DNA of 63,759 nt, filler included, from Octopus bimaculoides (Eukaryota), in assembly GCF_001194135.2 (NCBI RefSeq). It is 8 parts of 5 records of this genome, joined end to end, with 100 filler letters (N's around TTAATTAATTAA, not from the genome) between each part and the next. Parts side by side here need not be neighbours in the genome. Positions count along the whole stretch, not along the records: positions 1 to 24,849 come from NC_068987.1; 7 more parts are not named here. One strand, 5' to 3'. Within the stretch, counting starts at the first letter, position 1, and every line of letters starts with the position of its first letter. The translations under genes were made by a program, and so were the position numbers. Positions 1 to 14,869 of this stretch are shown one piece after another. The notes under the pieces are model-generated. The model had not been told where the DNA came from, searched no databases, and worked only from the letters and a program-made list of their open reading frames with translations.

Positions 1-45
<45 letters not shown>

Positions 46-260
46 TAATACTAATATACTAATACCATCGTCACCACTATGCACCAAGGTCGTCGCCACC
101 TTTGACACCACTAGCACCAGCACCACCAGCATCACCACCACCACTTTGTGCACCAGCATCACCACCACCACCACCACCACCACTACCACCACCACCAGCA
201 GCAGCATCAGCACCAGCATCACCACCACTACCACCACCACCGCCGCCACCACTTTGTGCA
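1..260. repeat. (CTA)n microsatellite grading into degenerate (CAC/CAG)n trinucleotide tract
   Basis: ctactacta... 1-44, then caccaccac/cagcagcat runs; explains the poly-V ORF 40..261. Confidence 0.95.
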
Positions 261-744
261 CCAGTTTTGACGTTACGTTAAAGTTGTTGCTGTTGTTACT
301 GTCATGATGTCTTCCCAGTTGTTCTTATTGTTCTGACTGTTGTTGCAGTCGTTTAGCTCCAACTTAGCAACCTTGATCGAGCAGACTCACACAATCGAAA
401 GCGTTCTAGCTATGACCACCTCGCTTCATTTTTTCTTTCTTGTTTTTTTTTGTTTGTTTACAGAATTAAGACGAATCAAAGAATTTCGGCTGCTATTTCT
501 AGCCGACCGAACGACCTATAGAAGCTCCCTAGTTCACTCGTGTTATTGTTGTTGTTTTCGTTGCTATTGTTGTTAGTCTTGTTGCAATTGCTGATGTTAT
601 AATTCCTGTTGATAACGTTGTTAATGTTGATATCTTGTTGATAATGCCAATAATATAATTGATAATTCCATTCATGTTGATAGCGATATAAATAATATTT
701 AACGTTTATGTTTTGGTTAATTGTTAAACTTGATTATATAAATG

Positions 745-798
745 ATGTTGATAATGTTGATAATGTTGATAATGTTGATAATGTTGATAATGTTGATA
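745..798. repeat. 9-bp tandem repeat (ATGTTGATA)x6
   Basis: six consecutive atgttgata units. Confidence 0.95.
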
Positions 799-1439
799 AC
801 GGTTCGTTCAGGACAGGAATCGTTGTAAAAAACCAAAACGGAAAAAAAAAAAAATGAGGCACAAAAATAAACCTCATGGGACGGAAAAATTATGCACACA
901 GACATTCCTAGACTTGCATATACATATACAGACATATAAACACAACATACATACACACATACATACATATATATATATATATANNNNNNNNNNNNNNNNN
1001 NNNNNNNNNNNNNNNNNNNNNNNNNNNNNNNNNNNNNNNNNNNNNNNNNNNNNNNNNNNNNNNNNNNNNNNNNNNNNNNNNNNNNNNNNNNNNNNNNNNN
1101 NNNNNNNNNNNNNNNNNNNNNNNNNNNNNNNNNNNNNNNNNNNNNNNNNNNNNNNNNNNNNNNNNNNNNNNNNNNNNNNNNNNNNNNNNNNNNNNNNNNN
1201 NNNNNNNNNNNNNNNNNNNNNNNNNNNNNNNTATATATACATAACACAAACACACGCAGGCACACACAGGCACATATAACTTATGCATACGCCGTAACGA
1301 CCACAGAAAGGTATTCGTTTATACTCAACGCAAACAGTTGAACACATGCATGATGATAGTTATATAAGCATAAGTACTATGGCATTAGTACGCATATCCC
1401 AATACAGATATCTATATTTATACACACAAACATATACGC

Positions 1440-1440
<1 letters not shown>

Positions 1441-1498
<58 letters not shown>

Positions 1499-1954
1499 AA
1501 GAAAAATTCCATATAAACACAATTTTACGTTTACACACACACACATACACACATACACGTGCACACTTAATAGACCACGTTTATTTTCTTAATTTATATA
1601 TATATATACACACACACAGACATGTTATACACACACACACATGTTATACACACACACACATACACGCGATTGCATACACACACTCATGTTTACTTGTATA
1701 CATACATATTTTCGCACACACACACACACGCACATACGCGCACACACAGACACATTCGCGTGAGCATACACCTCATAACACTTTCACACACGCAAATGCA
1801 GTGAATGAATGAATTCGACACACACACACACTCACACACACAGAGACACACACACGTGTAGATAGATATATTTACACACATAGCCACGTATACACATAGA
1901 GGCTTTAACATAGTACACATACTCACGTACGTTCGGGCGTATGTGAGTCCCTGA

Positions 1955-2028
<74 letters not shown>

Positions 2029-2062
2029 GCATGCATTACATACATATATACAAACACACACG

Positions 2063-2102
<40 letters not shown>
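1441..2102. repeat. Microsatellite cluster (TCTA)n, (CA)n, (TA)n, representative of dozens across the window
   Basis: (tcta)n 1441-1498 and about 1956-2027, (ta)n about 2064-2104; the same classes recur throughout and flank most N gaps. Confidence 0.95.
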
Positions 2103-2107
<5 letters not shown>

Positions 2108-2361
2108 TATGTACACAAAAATGTTTCTCGTTCGCTCATTCATAAATAAATAAACGTAACCTCCCCCCCCCTCACTACCTTCCAAACACACAAACGCATT
2201 CTCACACAAAATACACGCATATATATATTCACATACCGATTACACATACAAGCATGCATAAGTGCATACGTCTGAATGCATGCATGCATGTATGTATGTA
2301 TGTATGTATGTATGTATGTAGCTGCGTGTAATGTGCGAGTGTGTAAGTAAATAAACGAGAG

Positions 2362-2400
<39 letters not shown>

Positions 2401-3308
2401 GAAAGAGAAGAGATTGTATCTGTGTGTGATTATTAGGCCCACTCTGCCAACCAGTCNNNNNNNNNNNNNNNNNNNNNNNNNNNNNNNNNNNNNNNNNNNN
2501 NNNNNNNNNNNNNNNNNNNNNNNNNNNNNNNNNNNNNNNNNNNNNNNNNNNNNNNNNNNNNNNNNNNNNNNNNNNNNNNNNNNNNNNNNNNNNNNNNNNN
2601 NNNNNNNNNNNNNNNNNNNNNNNNNNNNNNNNNNNNNNNNNNNNNNNNNNNNNNNNNNNNNNNNNNNNNNNNNNNNNNNNNNNNNNNNNNNNNNNNNNNN
2701 NNNNNNNNNNNNNNNNNNNNNNNNNNNNNNNNNNNNNNNNNNNNNNNNNNNNNNNNNNNNNNNNNNNNNNNNNNNNNNNNNNNNNNNNNNNNNNNNNNNN
2801 NNNNNNNNNNNNNNNNNNNNNNNNNNNNNNNNNNNNNNNNNNNNNNNNNNNNNNNNNNNNNNNNNNNNNNNNNNNNNNNNNNNNNNNNNNNNNNNNNNNN
2901 NNNNNNNNNNNNNNNNNNNNNNNNNNNNNNNNNNNNNNNNNNNNNNNNNNNNNNNNNNNNNNNNNNNNNNNNNNNNNNNNNNNNNNNNNNNNNNNNNNNN
3001 NNNNNNNNNNNNNNNNNNNNNNNNNNNNNNNNNNNNNNNNNNNNNNNNNNNNNNNNNNNNNNNNNNNNNNNNNNNNNNNNNNNNNNNNNNNNNNNNNNNN
3101 NACATAAATATAAATATATATATGTGTATGTCTCTATATATCTATCTATATTTGTTTGTTTTTATGGAGTTATATATAAAGTTGAACATTAAGTTGAAGA
3201 TTCATACAATAGTTTTTCTTATAGTACCATATTTATTCAGTTTTCCCTCTTCTGTGTGTGTGTGTGTGTGTGTGTGTTCATACATGCATACATACATATA
3301 CATATAAG

Positions 3309-3341
<33 letters not shown>

Positions 3342-3426
3342 CGTAAATATATATATGTGTATATATGTATGCATGTACGTATAAACTTACAGACACTCAC
3401 ACACACATATACATGTATGTATATGT

Positions 3427-3516
<90 letters not shown>

Positions 3517-3648
3517 CACTAATCTTTTACTATAAATCATGCACAAATCACACAATAGCATCGTGTACTCTGATTTTTCTCTCTTGTATACACTCACGTG
3601 TATTCGTTTATATTCTCATATTTATATAACATACATACATATACATAC

Positions 3649-3681
<33 letters not shown>

Positions 3682-3732
3682 TAATTCATATATATGTATA
3701 TAACATTCATATATATAAATATATAAACATAC

Positions 3733-3763
<31 letters not shown>

Positions 3764-3954
3764 TATATNNNNNNNNNNNNNNNNNNNNNNNNNNNNNNNN
3801 NNNNNNNNNNNNNNNNNNNNNNNNNNNNNNNNNNNNNNNNNNNNNNNNNNNNNNNNNNNNNNNNNNNNGTTCTCCTTTTATTTATTCTTTTATTCTTTCA
3901 TTCAGAGAGTTCGAATATACGTACATTCTTTTTATTATTGTGTTGTTTAGTCCC

Positions 3955-4250
3955 CAGGGCTATAGTCAGAAATGTTTCCGCCACGACCATCTTGACTGTT
4001 TATTGTCTTAAACATTGTATATATATATATATATATATATGTTAAATGGTTCGATCGTCCGCGTTTAATAACGGACGATCCTATCGCGAAAGACATTCCT
4101 CACATGACCATCCTGTCTTTTTCTCAGGACACAGTGCACTCAGAATCCCATTATCCAACGTGTTCTTTTGTAGGACAGTGGATATGTGAAATAAAAGAGA
4201 TTTAGCTGCTCTATCTAGCAAGCCAAACCACCACATAAAAGCCTCTTCGT
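3955..4250 (+). mobile_element. Degenerate dispersed repeat, here called family G (tgtttagccccagg...tgaccatcc...gatttggctgctatttctagc...gctccct)
   Basis: Same motifs recur at about 481-530, 21095-21145, 39865-39910 and repeatedly in 42.5-44.7 kb. Confidence 0.55.
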
Positions 4251-4849
4251 TGATTTGTCTAACGAAGTAATAAAAATTTCCTTATTCCTTTACTTATTCA
4301 TAAAAATCCGTCATTCATTTATTCCTCCATTCACTTATTCCTCTTTCGCTTCTACGTTCGTTTCGTCCCGTACTATGCCACACACGTACGTTCGTTTTTA
4401 AGTCGGCTTCGTTGTCTGCTTGTAATTATACTTTCTTCACTAGTCTCATCATTCCTTGATACTTTCATTCCGTTCATCTTCCGTCTGTCTTTTATATTTT
4501 TTCCTGTTTCGATTATACAACGGCTATCATTATCAAAATCAGAGGGCCCCAACAAATATTTATTTGCTTAATGTTATCAGCTGGTTATTGTTATTCAAAA
4601 GGCTTCGGCCCAAACAGCTTTCCACTCATTTATATATATATATTTTTTTTTCTCAAAAACTATATTTTTATATTTAAAATATTATTTCTTTGCTTATCTC
4701 CAGTTATAAGCTTTTCTCTCTTCCTCTCGATCTATTGTAAATACCCGTTCCCCCTCTTCCTCTTCTATCTGTCTGTTTGTCTGTCTGTCTAACTGACACT
4801 GTCTGTCTAACTGACACTGTCTGTCTTTCTCTCTATATATGTAAACACA

Positions 4850-4895
<46 letters not shown>

Positions 4896-5245
4896 NNNNN
4901 NNNNNNNNNNNNNNNNNNNNNNNNNNNNNNNNNNNNNNNNNNNNNNNNNNNNNNNNNNNNNNNNNNNNNNNNNNNNNNNNNNNNNNNNNNNNNNNNNNNN
5001 NNNNNNNNNNNNNNNNNNNNNNNNNNNNNNNNNNNNNNNNNNNNNNNNNNNNNNNNNNNNNNNNNNNNNNNNNNNNNNNNNNNNNNNNNNNNNNNNNNNN
5101 NNNNNNNNNNNNNNNNNNNNNNNNNNNNNNNNNNNNNNNNNNNNNNNNNNNNNNNNNNNNNNNNNNNNNNNNNNNNNNNNNNNNNNNNNNNNNNNNNNNN
5201 NNNNNNNNNNNNNNNNNNNNNNNNNNNNNNNNNNNNNNNNNNNNN

Positions 5246-5278
<33 letters not shown>

Positions 5279-5487
5279 CTATATATATACATATGCATGC
5301 ACATACACGATCATACACCTGTGTATGTATGTGTATGTGTGTATGTGTGCGTGTATATATATTTATGCATATATATTATGATTATATATATATTCACACA
5401 CATACATAAACACTCATAGACACATTTATTTATGAATAAATATAACTTTCTGCCTCTCTCCATATATATAGTGTGTGTGTGTATGTG

Positions 5488-5530
<43 letters not shown>

Positions 5531-5783
5531 CTCGAAATACATTAATATGNNNNNNNNNNTGTGTGTGTGTGTGTACCTCGAAATACATTAATATGATACG
5601 GATGTATAAATTGAAACAGTTTGCGAGCGTGTGTGTATATCTATCTATCTATCTATCTATCTATCCATACACCCATTCCCACACCTACCTACCTACCTAC
5701 ATACCTGTCTGTCTGTCTATCTGTCTATCTACACATACATACATACATACATATATATAAATTCATATATGTATATATATGTA

Positions 5784-5869
<86 letters not shown>

Positions 5870-6298
5870 CATATATATAAATATATATACATACATACTT
5901 ACAGACACACACACACATATATACACAATGCATATATGCATATGTGCTTGTGTATGTGTGTTGGTATGTGTGGCGTGTGCGCGTCGTGTGTGTGCGCATT
6001 TAATCTGTTTCTTATGTATGTGTGTACATATATGTATATATGTATGTGTTTGCATGTTACTGTACCTTCAAAAACTGGAAGCATATGACTGAAATAACAT
6101 GACGTAGTGGCTCCTCGTAGAGTCTGAGAAAGCGGGACTTAGACGGTATAGTAGTCTAGGGACCGGAGAATAACCGACAAGCACTTCTCTTAAAGCTTCC
6201 TTGCACACTTGTTAACATATACGTAAACATTATACAACTATATACTGGCCTTGTGCCAAAATTTGAAACCATTATCTATCTATATGAACATTATATAC

Positions 6299-6329
<31 letters not shown>

Positions 6330-6344
6330 TATAAGTGTACATGT

Positions 6345-6575
6345 GACACGGCCCAGTGCTTAGAGCAGCGGACTCGCAGTCTTGGGATCGCGGTTTCGAT
6401 TCCCAGACCGGACGTTGTGAGTGTTTATTGAACGAAAACACCTAAAGCTCCACGAGGCTCCGGCAGGGGGTGGTAGCGAACCCTGCTGTACTCTTTCACC
6501 GCAACTTTCTCTCACTCTTACTTCATGTTTTTGTTGTACCTGTAATTCAAAGGGTCAGCCTTGTCACACTGTGTC
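6345..6575 (+). mobile_element. tRNA-derived SINE, family D, 5' part truncated by gap
   Basis: A box ggcccagtg(c)ttag, B box ggtttcgattccc; body matches 7160-7420 reverse complement and 21441-21654. Confidence 0.85.
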
Positions 6576-7159
6576 NNNNNNNNNNNNNNNNNNNNNNNNN
6601 NNNNNNNNNNNNNNNNNNNNNNNNNNNNNNNNNNNNNNNNNNNNNNNNNNNNNNNNNNNNNNNNNNNNNNNNNNNNNNNNNNNNNNNNNNNNNNNNNNNN
6701 NNNNNNNNNNNNNNNNNNNNNNNNNNNNNNNNNNNNNNNNNNNNNNNNNNNNNNNNNNNNNNNNNNNNNNNNNNNNNNNNNNNNNNNNNNNNNNNNNNNN
6801 NNNNNNNNNNNNNNNNNNNNNNNNNNNNNNNNNNNNNNNNNNNNNNNNNNNNNNNNNNNNNNNNNNNNNNNNNNNNNNNNNNNNNNNNNNNNNNNNNNNN
6901 NNNNNNNNNNNNNNNNNNNNNNNNNNNNNNNNNNNNNNNNNNNNNNNNNNNNNNNNNNNNNNNNNNNNNNNNNNNNNNNNNNNNNNNNNNNNNNNNNNNN
7001 NNNNNNNNNNNNNNNNNNNNNNNNNNNNNNNNNNNNNNNNNNNNNNNNNNNNNNNNNNNNNNNNNNNNNNNNNNNNNNNNNNNNNNNNNNNNNNNNNNNN
7101 NNNNNNNNNNNNNNNNNNNNNNNNNNNNNNNNNNNNNNNNNNNNNNNNNNNNNNNNNNN

Positions 7160-7420
7160 ACGTAGTTCTCGGGAATATTCAGCGTGACACAGTGTGACAA
7201 GGCTGACCCTTTGAATTACAGGCACAACAGAAACAGGAAGGAAGAGTGAGAGAAAGTTGTGGTGGAAGAGTACAGCAGGGTTCGCACCCCCCTCCCTGCT
7301 GGAGCCTCGTGGAGCTTTAGGTGTTTTCGCTCAATAAACACTCACAACGCCAGGTCTGGGAATCGAAACCGCGATCCTATGACCGCGAGTCCGCTGCCCT
7401 AACCACTGGGCCATTGCGCC
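7160..7420 (-). mobile_element. tRNA-derived SINE, family D
   Basis: Reverse complement begins ggcgcaatggcccagtggttagggcagcggactcgcggtcataggatcgcggtttcgattcccag; body matches the 6345 copy. Confidence 0.88.
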
Positions 7421-7511
7421 TCCACTATATCTATATAAGTAGTAGACATCACCCACTATATTGTCCCTAGGATGCCTTTACTGGAAAGCATCGTGTTGCA
7501 AGTACTCTGAT

Positions 7512-7677
7512 CAGGGCTGGCCCTAGGATTGCTGGCGCCCCGGGCAAACTGAACTTCAGCGTGTACAAGCTGACGGTCGTGGGAATTTTCTTGTGTTTGT
7601 CATGCCCTCCTCGGCGCCCCCTTGCACATGTCGCTCCGGACGACTGCCCGAGTTGCTGGTACTTTGAGCCGGCCCAG
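7512..7677. mobile_element. hAT-like MITE (166 bp)
   Basis: Imperfect TIRs cagggctggccc / gagccggcccag, subterminal ggcgcccc motifs, degraded 8-bp TSD actctgat / actccggt (6/8). Confidence 0.65.
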
Positions 7678-8487
7678 ACTCCGGTCCGGTCTCCTTTCTG
7701 CGAATAACTTTCCTCTTCCTTCCACTAATCTCAGACGTCAGGAAAAACATGTTGGTCGCTAAACTTACTCCTGGAACTAAACAATAAAGTTAATAACATG
7801 TGGATGAGTTAATTTCTTTCGAGTTTCTAAGTACTTTTGAAGTACCCGCGTTACTATTTCGATATATAAAATTATATCAATATATACTCTGAATTGAAAT
7901 ACGCACATACAGTATAGGTACATTTTAACATATATGTGTATGTTAAACGTTTGGTTTATAAACAAACAGGTGACATTTTCTGTCCAAAGAAAATAGCTAT
8001 TTATAGTAAACACAAACTCGAACAGAGCTAATTTGTTTGTCAAGTTTGCGTAACAGTGCATGCTCTGGTAACATGAATGAGTAAATGAATTAACTAATAA
8101 AAATAATTTACTGCTGTTTTAGTAGAATTAGAAATGTTAAGGAGATGTTAAGAGCGTGCAGCTTGAATTAGCACTGAGTTTAGTATCCATGCGAAAAATA
8201 AACCAGGCTCTTGTATTTCAAGTTTATTTGTTCTCCGTCGCCAGGAAAAAAGATATTGGTCTCATTAGTTTCAGCGCTCTTTAGTGTCTCATCAGAGATC
8301 AGTTACTCATCACCTGTCTACGCACACACACACATGACACACAAACACAAAAACACACGTACATTTACGAACACATATATAATGTATATCCACACACATA
8401 TCTACTTATACATGTATCTATACATAAGTGTGTAAATACCTATAAATAGTGATCTGCCTTTACGCATGCATGTGTGTGCATATATTA

Positions 8488-8518
<31 letters not shown>

Positions 8519-9037
8519 ATAAAACATGAATGACATCACTTCACACTTCTTCCAAAAGTCCCTCAGGCTATACGGTCTTTATTGCAACTTAAAATCAAGC
8601 CATATTTTCAGTTATGTATGTAGCAGGAAGTACGGAGCTTCTATTGACCTGGATTTGCAAACTTGTTTCGAGAAGTCCAGGTTAATATAAAATTCACATC
8701 ACATATCGCTATCGACATAAAGAAACAAATGTCACACATTGGCATTCTCTTGACGCAGTCCCCCCTCTCCCATCACCTTATTATATATNNNNNNNNNNNN
8801 NNNNNNNNNNNNNNNNNNNNNNNNNNNNNNNNNNNNNNNNNNNNNNNNNNNNNNNNNNNNNNNNNNNNNNNNNNNNNNNNNNNNNNNNNNNNNNNNNNNN
8901 NNNNNNNNNNNNNNNNNNNNNNNNNNNNNNNNNNNNNNNNNNNNNNNNNNNNNNNNNNNNNNNNNNNNNNNNNNNNNNNNNNNNNNNNNNNNNNNNNNNN
9001 NNNNNNNNNNNNNNNNNTTCTTCTTCTTCTTCTTCTT

Positions 9038-9068
<31 letters not shown>

Positions 9069-9086
9069 TTATTATTATTATTATTA

Positions 9087-9127
<41 letters not shown>

Positions 9128-9140
9128 GTTATTATCATTA

Positions 9141-9543
9141 AGGTGAAGAGCTGATAGAATCGTTAGCACGCCGGATAAAATGCTTAGCAGTATTTCGTCC
9201 GTCTTTACTTCGTGAGTTCAGATTCCGCCATGTTCAACTTTGCCATTCCTCCTTTCGGCGTCGATAAAATAAGTACCAGCTGAGTACTGGGGTCGATGTA
9301 TTTGACTTAACCTCCTCCCCTATAATTGCTGATTTTATGCCAAAATTTAAACCAACGCGCCAGGAAAAAGCTTTGTGGCATTTCGTCTGTCTTAACGTTC
9401 TGAGTTCAAATCCCGCCAAAGTAAACTTTGAATTGCATCCTTTCGAGGTCGGTAAAATAAGTACCAGTTGAGCACTGGTGTCGATGTAATCTACTTACCA
9501 CCCTTACTCCGAAATTGCCGGCTTTGTGCCAAAATTTGAAACA
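9141..9543 (+). mobile_element. Two consecutive family B SINE-like copies (9141-9353, 9370-9543)
   Basis: gagctg..agaa.cgttagcacgccgg...gagttcaaat.ccgcc...ggtcgataaaataagtaccag...caaaattt(g/a)aa. Confidence 0.8.
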
Positions 9544-9923
9544 AGAACCACAACAACAACAACAACAACAACAACAGCAAGAACAACAACAACAGCAAGA
9601 AGAAGAAGAAGAAGAAGAAGAAGAAGAAGAAGAACAACAACAACAACAATAGCACCAACAACGATAATAATGGTATCTTTTGGAATAAAATAAAATATTA
9701 GTGTCTCATAACATTCAAATTACCAATTGGTTTCATACCAGAAGTAGGTAACCAATGCTAACAATCATCAGAAATAGATGAAGTGTTATTTTTATTAATG
9801 ATAATATATCCATTCTATTAACAAATATTGCCTGCTTTCCTTTACTGATAGATTTTTAGCTAGTAGGGGAGCAATATGTTTGGATAAACCTCACTCACTT
9901 AGTATCTCTATGCAAATATGATT

Positions 9924-10370
9924 ATTCCTTTCTACTCTAGGCAGAAAGCCCGACATTTTGGGGGAGGGGGTCAGTCGATTAGATCGACCCAAGTACACAA
10001 CTGGTACTTAATTTATCGACCTCGAAAAGATGAAAGGCAAAGTAGACATCGGCGGAATTCAGACGAAATAGCGCTAAGCATTTTGTCCGGCGTGTTAACG
10101 TTTCTGCAAGATCACCGCCTTAATAATATAAGTTATTAATTTCTTTATTGCCCACCAGGGGCTAAACATAGAGGGGCAAACAAGGACAGACAAAGGGATT
10201 AGAGTCGATTACATCGACCGAAAGTGAATTGATAATACTTAATAAATCGACCACAAAAGGATAAAAACAAAGTCGATATCAGTAAAATTTGAACTCAGAA
10301 CGTAAAGACAGACGAAATACCAGTAAACATTTCACCCGGCGTGCTAACGTTTCGGCCAGCTGGTCACCTT
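9924..10370 (-). mobile_element. Two consecutive family B SINE-like copies (9924-10121, 10139-10370)
   Basis: Reverse complement of the family B consensus; the second carries the tttctttattgcccac...gggattagagtcg tail variant also seen at 26056. Confidence 0.8.
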
Positions 10371-11421
10371 GCAAATATAATTATTATCTAACCTTTAATT
10401 TAATTCTGTCTTATTCTCAAGTTAGACAGATAATGGTGGATGAAGACGTTTTAATAAGCAAGAACATACTCAGATGAATGTTTGATTCCGCCATAACATA
10501 AACACANNNNNNNNNNNNNNNNNNNNNNNNNNNNNNNNNNNNNNNNNNNNNNNNNNNNNNNNNNNNNNNNNNNNNNNNNNNNNNNNNNNNNNNNNNNNNN
10601 NNNNNNNNNNNNNNNNNNNNNNNNNNNNNNNNNNNNNNNNNNNNNNNNNNNNNNNNNNNNNNNNNNNNNNNNNNNNNNNNNNNNNNNNNNNNNNNNNNNN
10701 NNNNNNNNNNNNNNNNNNNNNNNNNNNNNNNNNNNNNNNNNNNNNNNNNNNNNNNNNNNNNNNNNNNNNNNNNNNNNNNNNNNNNNNNNNNNNNNNNNNN
10801 NNNNNNNNNNNNNNNNNNNNNNNNNNNNNNNNNNNNNNNNNNNNNNNNNNNNNNNNNNNNNNNNNNNNNNNNNNNNNNNNNNNNNNNNNNNNNNNNNNNN
10901 NNNNNNNNNNNNNNNNNNNNNNNNNNNNNNNNNNNNNNNNNNNNNNNNNNNNNNNNNNNNNNNNNNNNNNNNNNNNNNNNNNNNNNNNNNNNNNNNNNNN
11001 NNNNNNNNNNNNNNNNNNNNNNNNNNNNNNNNNNNNNNNNNNNNNNNNNNNNNNNNNNNNNNNNNNNNNNNNNNNNNNNNNNNNNNNNNNNNNNNNNNNN
11101 NNNNNNNNNNNNNNNNNNNNNNNNNNNNNNNNNNNNNNNNNNNNNNNNNNNNNNNNNNNNNNNNNNNNNNNNNNNNNNNNNNNNNNNNNNNNNNNNNNNN
11201 NNNNNNNNNNNNNNNNNNNNNNNNNNNNNNNNNNNNNNNNNNNNNNNNNNNNNNNNNNNNNNNNNNNNNNNNNNNNNNNNNNNNNNNNNNNNNNNNNNNN
11301 NNNNNNNNNNNNNNNNNNNNNNNNNNNNNNNNNNNNNNNNNNNNNNNNNNNNNNNNNNNNNNNNNNNNNNNNNNNNNNNNNNNNNNNNNNNNNNNNNNNN
11401 NNNNNNNCAAACAAACACACA

Positions 11422-11460
<39 letters not shown>

Positions 11461-13174
11461 ACACACGCTCACACATTTATACATACTCGAACATACGATA
11501 TTCAGCTTGTTGTTTGAATATAGGTTTATTTGCAAGCAAAAACATTAACATACCGTGATTAGCATATTGTGATAAACACAAAATACAATATAGGTATATC
11601 GGTTAAAGTCAACCATACTCTAACCGTCTGTTCTTTCGCGTTCTGTCTATTCGCTACTCTTTTTAATTGATTGTATACACAAATACACGTGTACCTGCAA
11701 AGGGGTGTATTTGAAGATATTGCACTACTCTCTCTCTCTCTCTTTCTCTCTCTCTCTTTCTCTCTCTGTGTCTTTTCACTCGGTCTGTGTCTCTGTCTGT
11801 CTCTGTCTCTGTCTCTCTCTCTCTGTCTTTCTCTGGCTGTATGCATCACTGCTTTGGCTTAGAATTAATTCATTTATTTCCACAGAACAATCCTCTCTTC
11901 ACTCACTCCGTGCTGTTTGTCTTTGAGTTAAGGGTGGATACAATGGCTTCATGAGACGAGTCCACATGAGAAATTCTGATGTTCGTCTGTAGACACTCCC
12001 ACAGCTTTTCATTTCAATTCATACCGTTTAAAGTAGCCCATCGAAAATGGATGAACATCACACTATCTCATTCTCCATCCACCTATATACTAATATAAAC
12101 AGTAAGTCTCATTTACCGAGTCGTTTTGACAGGCTGGAAATCGCAGCCAAGCTTTCCTCAATTCATACCCTACTGTTTTAAATAAGGTAAGAAGGCATTG
12201 AACCATATAGTTTTACATACCATTTCCCCTGATCACACACACACACATACACACACACACACACATATATGTACTCAAATGTGTATGTCTGCTTGCGCAT
12301 CTTAGTGTCTCTCTTTTACACACAAACACACGCACACAGGCACACACACAGGAGCATATGCACACAGAGATACATACACTGCCGTGTATATACCATGACA
12401 CTCATATATATAAGATGTTCAGTGTATTTGGTTATAGCTTTTATGTACGAGGTGTAGCCGAATTGTTAGAGATTTTTGTTGTGCAATCATGAGGTCTCAG
12501 ATTCAATTCTACAACAAACTATCTTGGACAGAGTTCTTCTACCAGAAACTGAGATCGACCCAGACATTCTGAATAAAATGGTGGTAAATTGAAAACCGAT
12601 AGTCTATATTCCATCTGACAGAGTGTATCTATATTTGAAAGGGTTAGTTTTTTCACATACAGAAAGGATCACGCTATTTCTGCATAAGAGAAGTACAATT
12701 TGTACTCTTAAGAGAGTACAAATGTCTGCGGAACAATCAAAATACTCATCTATTTCGAGTCTACCGATAACTTACGAGTGAAATTCGAGAGACAGAAATT
12801 GAATAGAAGACCGTCGATCGGAATGTACTTTAACACAAGAAACGTAAATCCATGATATATGTTGCGTCCCGCTGATTTAACCTGAGAATTGCATTAAGGG
12901 CACACTTGTTTGCGGAATACTCGCCTACCTGCGCAATAATTTCAATGAGTTGGTAATTAATTTGCTGGAACAACTTGAATATCCATCTTCGACTGACAGA
13001 GATCCATTCACAGCATGTCTCATCAGGAGTAACCACACCACTCGACCAATCCCAGAGAAATAAGATATCAATCTATTTATATACAGCAAATGCAGTAGCT
13101 TTAGAGAAGTGGAACTGCTAACTTCCATACCATAAGTGCGTAACTCTGTATTCATGATAAATTTGATTTTGGAT

Positions 13175-13307
13175 ATAGCAAGCACATGGTTTCGGGTTCA
13201 GTCCCACAGTGTAGCACTTTGGGAAAATGTCTTCTACTATAGCCTCGGACCGACCAAAGCCTTGTGAGTGGATTTGGTAGACGGAAACTGAAAGAAGCCC
13301 GTCGAAT
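13175..13307 (+). mobile_element. Family A tRNA-derived SINE, 5' half
   Basis: cacatggtttcgggttcagtcccac...gtcttctactatagcctcgg...gacggaaactgaaagaagcccgtcg then (TA)n and gap. Confidence 0.85.
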
Positions 13308-14797
13308 ATATATATATATNNNNNNNNNNNNNNNNNNNNNNNNNNNNNNNNNNNNNNNNNNNNNNNNNNNNNNNNNNNNNNNNNNNNNNNNNNNNNNNNN
13401 NNNNNNNNNNNNNNNNNNNNNNNNNNNNNNNNNNNNNNNNNNNNNNNNNNNNNNNNNNNNNNNNNNNNNNNNNNNNNNNNNNNNNNNNNNNNNNNNNNNN
13501 NNNNNNNNNNNNNNNNNNNNNNNNNNNNNNNNNNNNNNNNNNNNNNNNNNNNNNNNNNNNNNNNNNNNNNNNNNNNNNNNNNNNNNNNNNNNNNNNNNNN
13601 NNNNNNNNNNNNNNNNNNNNNNNNNNNNNNNNNNNNNNNNNNNNNNNNNNNNNNNNNNNNNNNNNNNNNNNNNNNNNNNNNNNNNNNNNNNNNNNNNNNN
13701 NNNNNNNNNNNNNNNNATATATATATATATATATATATATATAATAAATATTACATTGTATCTCATATATATATATATATTATTACAGTATAGGTAATAT
13801 AGAATTATATACATATGAACATACGCACACAAATACACACACACACACTCACACACACACACTCACACACACACACACTCACACACACACTTACACACAC
13901 ACTTACACACACACACACATTACACATGCACAGACACATATAGAGAAACATCATATGAAGATAATGGCATAATCCAGCACCTGCATAAAATTGTTGATTA
14001 TAAAAAATGCCAAAATTCGTTGTAGAAATCAGTTTCTTGTTTACGCGCGCGCACGCACACACGCACATGTACGTATGTATGCATGTATGCATGTGTGTAT
14101 GTATGTATCAGAACAAGAAGAACAATGGAACATCTGCAAAATTCTTGATTGAAAATTTTGCACAAATCGTTGTAGAAATTAGGCTCTCCTGGTATGAAGG
14201 TTTTGATCTATTTTAAAATTTTCATAAAATTTTTTCCCCCATTTTGCATCAATTCTTATTCCTTTATTTATATTTTGATTAATTATATTAAATTAATATA
14301 ATTCATTACATTTATATGCAATCACGGAAGTTGTAAACTCCACGACTCTAAATGGCACCATGGACAAACAAGCACCACACTTTTTTTATCAGTTAACCAT
14401 GCATCTACAACACGGCGCTATTGTAATTCTTTATGCACTTTATATATTCTTTTCTATTCTAGGCACAAGGCCTGAAATTTTGGGGGAGTGGGCCACTCGA
14501 TTAGATCGACCCCAGTACGCAACTGGTACGCAGCTCGCCGCCTTATGCACTTTATATATTATTACACAATACAAACCGAGACAAGAAAGCAAATGTTAAT
14601 TAATAATTCAAATATCTTCTTCGTGATCATTTTGTTTATTTGACTGTGATCTTGTTTTTATCTCGTTCCTAACTTCTCGACTTTGCTGTAAAACGAAGTG
14701 CAAAACCAACAGCATAGAAAAAGACGGAAAATAAAACATTATCTAAATATCTTCCTTAGACGTAGTAATTTTGCAATCGCATGTCTACATATGCTCA

Positions 14798-14869
<72 letters not shown>

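Noticed and set aside
8258-8300. CTGATGA...GAAAC on the minus strand
   Set aside because: No helix II between the cores, and no helix III, cleavage triplet or helix I.
12985-13035. CTGATGA GAC...GTC GAAG on the minus strand
   Set aside because: Only a 3-bp helix II, non-canonical core, no helix I or III.
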